IMG/VR virus record: IMGVR_UViG_3300043633_000107
Coordinates: 1-26,553 of that record
Length of the DNA: 26,553 nucleotides
Direction: 5' to 3' (one strand)
Origin: a virus
Taxonomy: Duplodnaviria; Caudoviricetes
Both the position numbers and the translations under genes were made by a program. Positions 24,233 through 26,553 of this stretch are shown here, in pieces; the stretch's first letter is position 1, and each line of letters begins with the position of its first letter. The notes below the pieces were generated by a model. That model was not told the origin of the DNA and did no database searches. It worked only from the letters and a program-made list of their open reading frames with translations.

Positions 24233-25423
24233 TTATAATTCTATCGTTTCCGCCGCACCTGCAGCGTCCCATACATTGAAGCGCCTACCGGCTCCTGCAC
24301 CCAATACGCCGCTTGATTTATTATATTTCTTTTTCCTGGGCTTATGCTTACTTGCATCCACAGAGTTTACTTTTTTCCCTTCGAAAGATGTAGTATATCC
24401 GCCATCTTTTGCCAGATTATGCGTTGATTGTGTGATGTGATAAATGCCGCTGAGCTGGCCAAAGCCTGTAATCTCTACATTATTGCCGCTTACTAATAAA
24501 ATATTCCCTTTGGTAGTGATGGAACAGGTTTGCTCTCTTGTATTTTTCCTGCGGAGTGCAGATTTTGCCTGAACCTCTGCTTGCTGAACATTTTCTACTT
24601 TTTCTTTTATGACAAGAGTGTCTGGCTTTACTACTTTCTTACTCACTAACGCATTAGCGCCGGCACCGGCAATACCATCAGCAACCTCAACCCCAGCCTG
24701 ATCATCGCTTACATCTTCTGCATTGGCGGTGTATTCAATTTTTTCGTTGCTTTCCGGGTTGTGATAACTTACTGTTGCATTTTCATAGGTATCTTCCGAC
24801 TTATCAATAAATTCTGCAGATGATGTATCGGTCTTATCGAGGCTGAGCGAATGTGCTTTTTTCTCTAATTCCGTTTGCAGGTGAAAAGTCAATATCTTAT
24901 CACGAACTGAAAACACTAACCCATACTGTGCAGCCAATGTGCTTAAAAAAGCAAGATCACCCTTGCGGTTCTGTGTAACACGGCTAATGCGGATATCGGG
25001 AATAGTTCCCTGAATTTTAAAACCGTGCCGATCGGCTATTGTTTGAGCAAGCTGCCTGAGTGTTTTATTTTCATGTGCTGCACTTCTTTTTGTCCGTGTT
25101 TTTTTTGTAATGGCGGCGGCGATATTAGAAATGGTGAACGTATCGCCATCCCGGCTGGATGTTAATTTCTTTTCATCAACAGAAAACTTACCGCAGGGAA
25201 GTATTCTGTTGCCATCAATGATCTGTATCTCTATCGAATCTCCTTTTTTGGGATACCAATCATTCTGCCATAGCGCATCTTTATCTTCCAGTTCTATTTC
25301 AGCTTCGTCGCTTTCGCCCTCCACTTTATCAGTGTACGAAAGAGATATAAGATGGTCAGAAATATCACGGGTAATGTCTTTTCCGTTGTAAGTAACTTTA
25401 TATGATACAGGTTCGAGATTCAT
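24233..25423 (-). CDS. Late control D (gpD)/baseplate hub protein
   Basis: DIT...SLSYTD...ESDE...LED...W; DLAFL..LA..YG; G.Y.I....H. Confidence 0.9.
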   Translation of the reverse strand: MNLEPVSYKVTYNGKDITRDISDHLISLSYTDKVEGESDEAEIELEDKDALWQNDWYPKKGDSIEIQIIDGNRILPCGKFSVDEKKLTSSRDGDTFTISNIAAAITKKTRTKRSAAHENKTLRQLAQTIADRHGFKIQGTIPDIRISRVTQNRKGDLAFLSTLAAQYGLVFSVRDKILTFHLQTELEKKAHSLSLDKTDTSSAEFIDKSEDTYENATVSYHNPESNEKIEYTANAEDVSDDQAGVEVADGIAGAGANALVSKKVVKPDTLVIKEKVENVQQAEVQAKSALRRKNTREQTCSITTKGNILLVSGNNVEITGFGQLSGIYHITQSTHNLAKDGGYTTSFEGKKVNSVDASKHKPRKKKYNKSSGVLGAGAGRRFNVWDAAGAAETIEL

Positions 25424-25497
25424 GCGCCGTCCGCCTCACCCCAACCCTCTCCTAACGGAGAGGGAGAAGGAAGATTTTTTTTAATTTGTATTCTCAT
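25420..25497 (-). CDS. 25-aa bridging micro-ORF (MRIQIKKNLPSPSPLGEGWGEADGA) across a REP-like palindrome
   Basis: ATGA overlaps with both the gpX stop and the gpD start. Confidence 0.5.
   Translation of the reverse strand: MRIQIKKNLPSPSPLGEGWGEADGA
25434..25466. repeat. REP-like palindrome CCTCACCCCAACCCTCTCC-TAAC-GGAGAGGGAG
   Basis: 8-bp stem CCCTCTCC/GGAGAGGG with CCTCACCCC flank, resembling a widespread bacterial short palindromic repeat. Confidence 0.7.
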
Positions 25498-25709
25498 CTT
25501 TTCCACGGTGGCAGTTTTTCAATGTCGGTTTTTGATTGCGTATCATCGAGCATGGGAATTAACAGGACCGTGCCGCCAATTATACGGGGCGTTATAGGCA
25601 CTAAAGGATTAGCCCCAATGATCGGTTTCATCAGTGATGCTTTGCCATATGCCATATAAGCAACCGTATCCCATCGCATACCTTCGGTAACTATAAATTG
25701 AGTATTCAT
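25494..25709 (-). CDS. Tail protein X (LysM-like)
   Basis: G.RWD.VAY.AYG...I..ANP...G..L.IP...LPPWK. Confidence 0.92.
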   Translation of the reverse strand: MNTQFIVTEGMRWDTVAYMAYGKASLMKPIIGANPLVPITPRIIGGTVLLIPMLDDTQSKTDIEKLPPWKR

Positions 25710-26551
25710 GCTGCTCTTGTTATAACTAAATTTATTAATTGGGCAGTGCTGCTACCCATTGCCCGGATAAGATTCTGCAGGTCACGGTTATTATCCTGCA
25801 AATCGGGAATGCTGGTAATGGGAAAAGTGAATTGGGTGATCGTTTGCCGGATCACCGCTACTACTGAAACGATGCTTTGAATATCATCAAGGATGGTTAT
25901 TTCGTTCAGCCTGTCATTAAAAGTTTGCAACGCATCATCCATTTTTTGTAACCCACGCTGAATGTGCCCGGCAATGCTCTGCCGGCGGGACGTATTATTT
26001 TCATATTGCGAAACTTCCCGGTCGATCAATGCGGCTTCAGAATGAACCTCGCTGAGATCACCTGCGGCTAACTGCGCTATTGAATGTTGCTGTTCGATAT
26101 TAAGGGCAACCGGTTTTTTATCTCCTAATGCAAAAGCTCTTTTGCGTGCTGATGTTTGTTGCTGCTGTAATTTATCGCCAGTTACATATTCCAGTAAGCT
26201 GAGTTGTAATACAGCTTCTATCAACGTGCCATCCGGCAATGCATGTACATAAGATTTGGTAATTTCAGTGATAACAAAATCGCCTTCATATTGTCCAGTT
26301 CCTTTGAGTAGTGGAAGTATTTCATAATCATCCCTGCTTTTTTCCAGTGCAAGTATCGCCTGTGTAGGATCAACAAATTCGGCACGGAGGCGAATTTCAA
26401 GTGTCAGTTCATCCAGGTTACCGCCCGTTGGTTTCAGAATAGGTTTTGCATTGATAAGGTCATGCTGGGCATAATTAACGGATCCTTTGGCTTCATAAGA
26501 ATTGAAACCGAAGGGACCCTCAAAGATGATATCGCCAAGTTGTGCGAACAT
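25706..26551 (-). CDS. P2 gpU-like tail protein with helical C-terminal extension
   Basis: MFAQLGDIIF...YAQH..I..KP.L...G..LDE...G.FVI...LSLLEY. Confidence 0.88.
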   Translation of the reverse strand: MFAQLGDIIFEGPFGFNSYEAKGSVNYAQHDLINAKPILKPTGGNLDELTLEIRLRAEFVDPTQAILALEKSRDDYEILPLLKGTGQYEGDFVITEITKSYVHALPDGTLIEAVLQLSLLEYVTGDKLQQQQTSARKRAFALGDKKPVALNIEQQHSIAQLAAGDLSEVHSEAALIDREVSQYENNTSRRQSIAGHIQRGLQKMDDALQTFNDRLNEITILDDIQSIVSVVAVIRQTITQFTFPITSIPDLQDNNRDLQNLIRAMGSSTAQLINLVITRAA

Positions 26552-26553
26552 TT

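Larger units (their letters stand above)
1..26553. mobile_element. Temperate myovirus-like phage genome segment (probable Bacteroidota host)
   Basis: Integrase, cI/cro-like pair, att-like core, P2-like baseplate/tail genes, holin-like genes, tightly coupled short ORFs; no host housekeeping genes. Confidence 0.95.

Noticed and set aside
25445-25482. -1 programmed frameshift (A8 run followed by hairpin) extending gpD
   Set aside because: The -1 frame meets TGA (GGG TGA) before the gpD ATG, so no fusion is possible
203-25880. Numerous + strand ORFs opposite the long minus-strand genes, and minus-strand ORFs opposite cI and int
   Set aside because: Fully overlap well-supported genes and show no recognisable motifs
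1-26553. Stop-codon reassignment
   Set aside because: Genes are full length and tightly packed under the standard code; TAA, TGA and TAG all appear as real stops

Overview
The whole window is the central part of a temperate, contractile-tailed (P2/Mu-like baseplate) bacteriophage. The host is probably Bacteroidota: TTTG-N21-TAnnTTTG promoters are present and Shine-Dalgarno sites are mostly absent. From left to right: (1) a leftward early/middle operon with an SNF2 helicase-DNA methyltransferase fusion, Gp37/Gp68 (DUF5131), HNH, an NSGxx pentapeptide-repeat protein, a macro-like protein and an HD hydrolase; (2) a ~700-bp structured non-coding island with an initiator tRNA, terminators and boxA-like sites; (3) a cro/cI-like switch and lysogeny genes; (4) a probable intact attP (tRNA 3' end, hairpin, arm-type repeats) and a tyrosine integrase; (5) the convergent end of the late operon (holin-like genes, repeat fibre module, signal-peptide-bearing esterase fibre, tail fibre, gpI/J/W/V/D/X/U). 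Phage genes on both sides of the att core suggest the excised or virion form. The most unusual signals are the non-coding island, two copies of an anti-start-codon 3'-UTR RNA motif, a tail-fibre-like esterase with a Sec signal, a perfect 23-bp duplication read in two frames inside the helicase, and three micro-ORFs missing from the ORF track. All product calls come from motif recognition; no searches were run.
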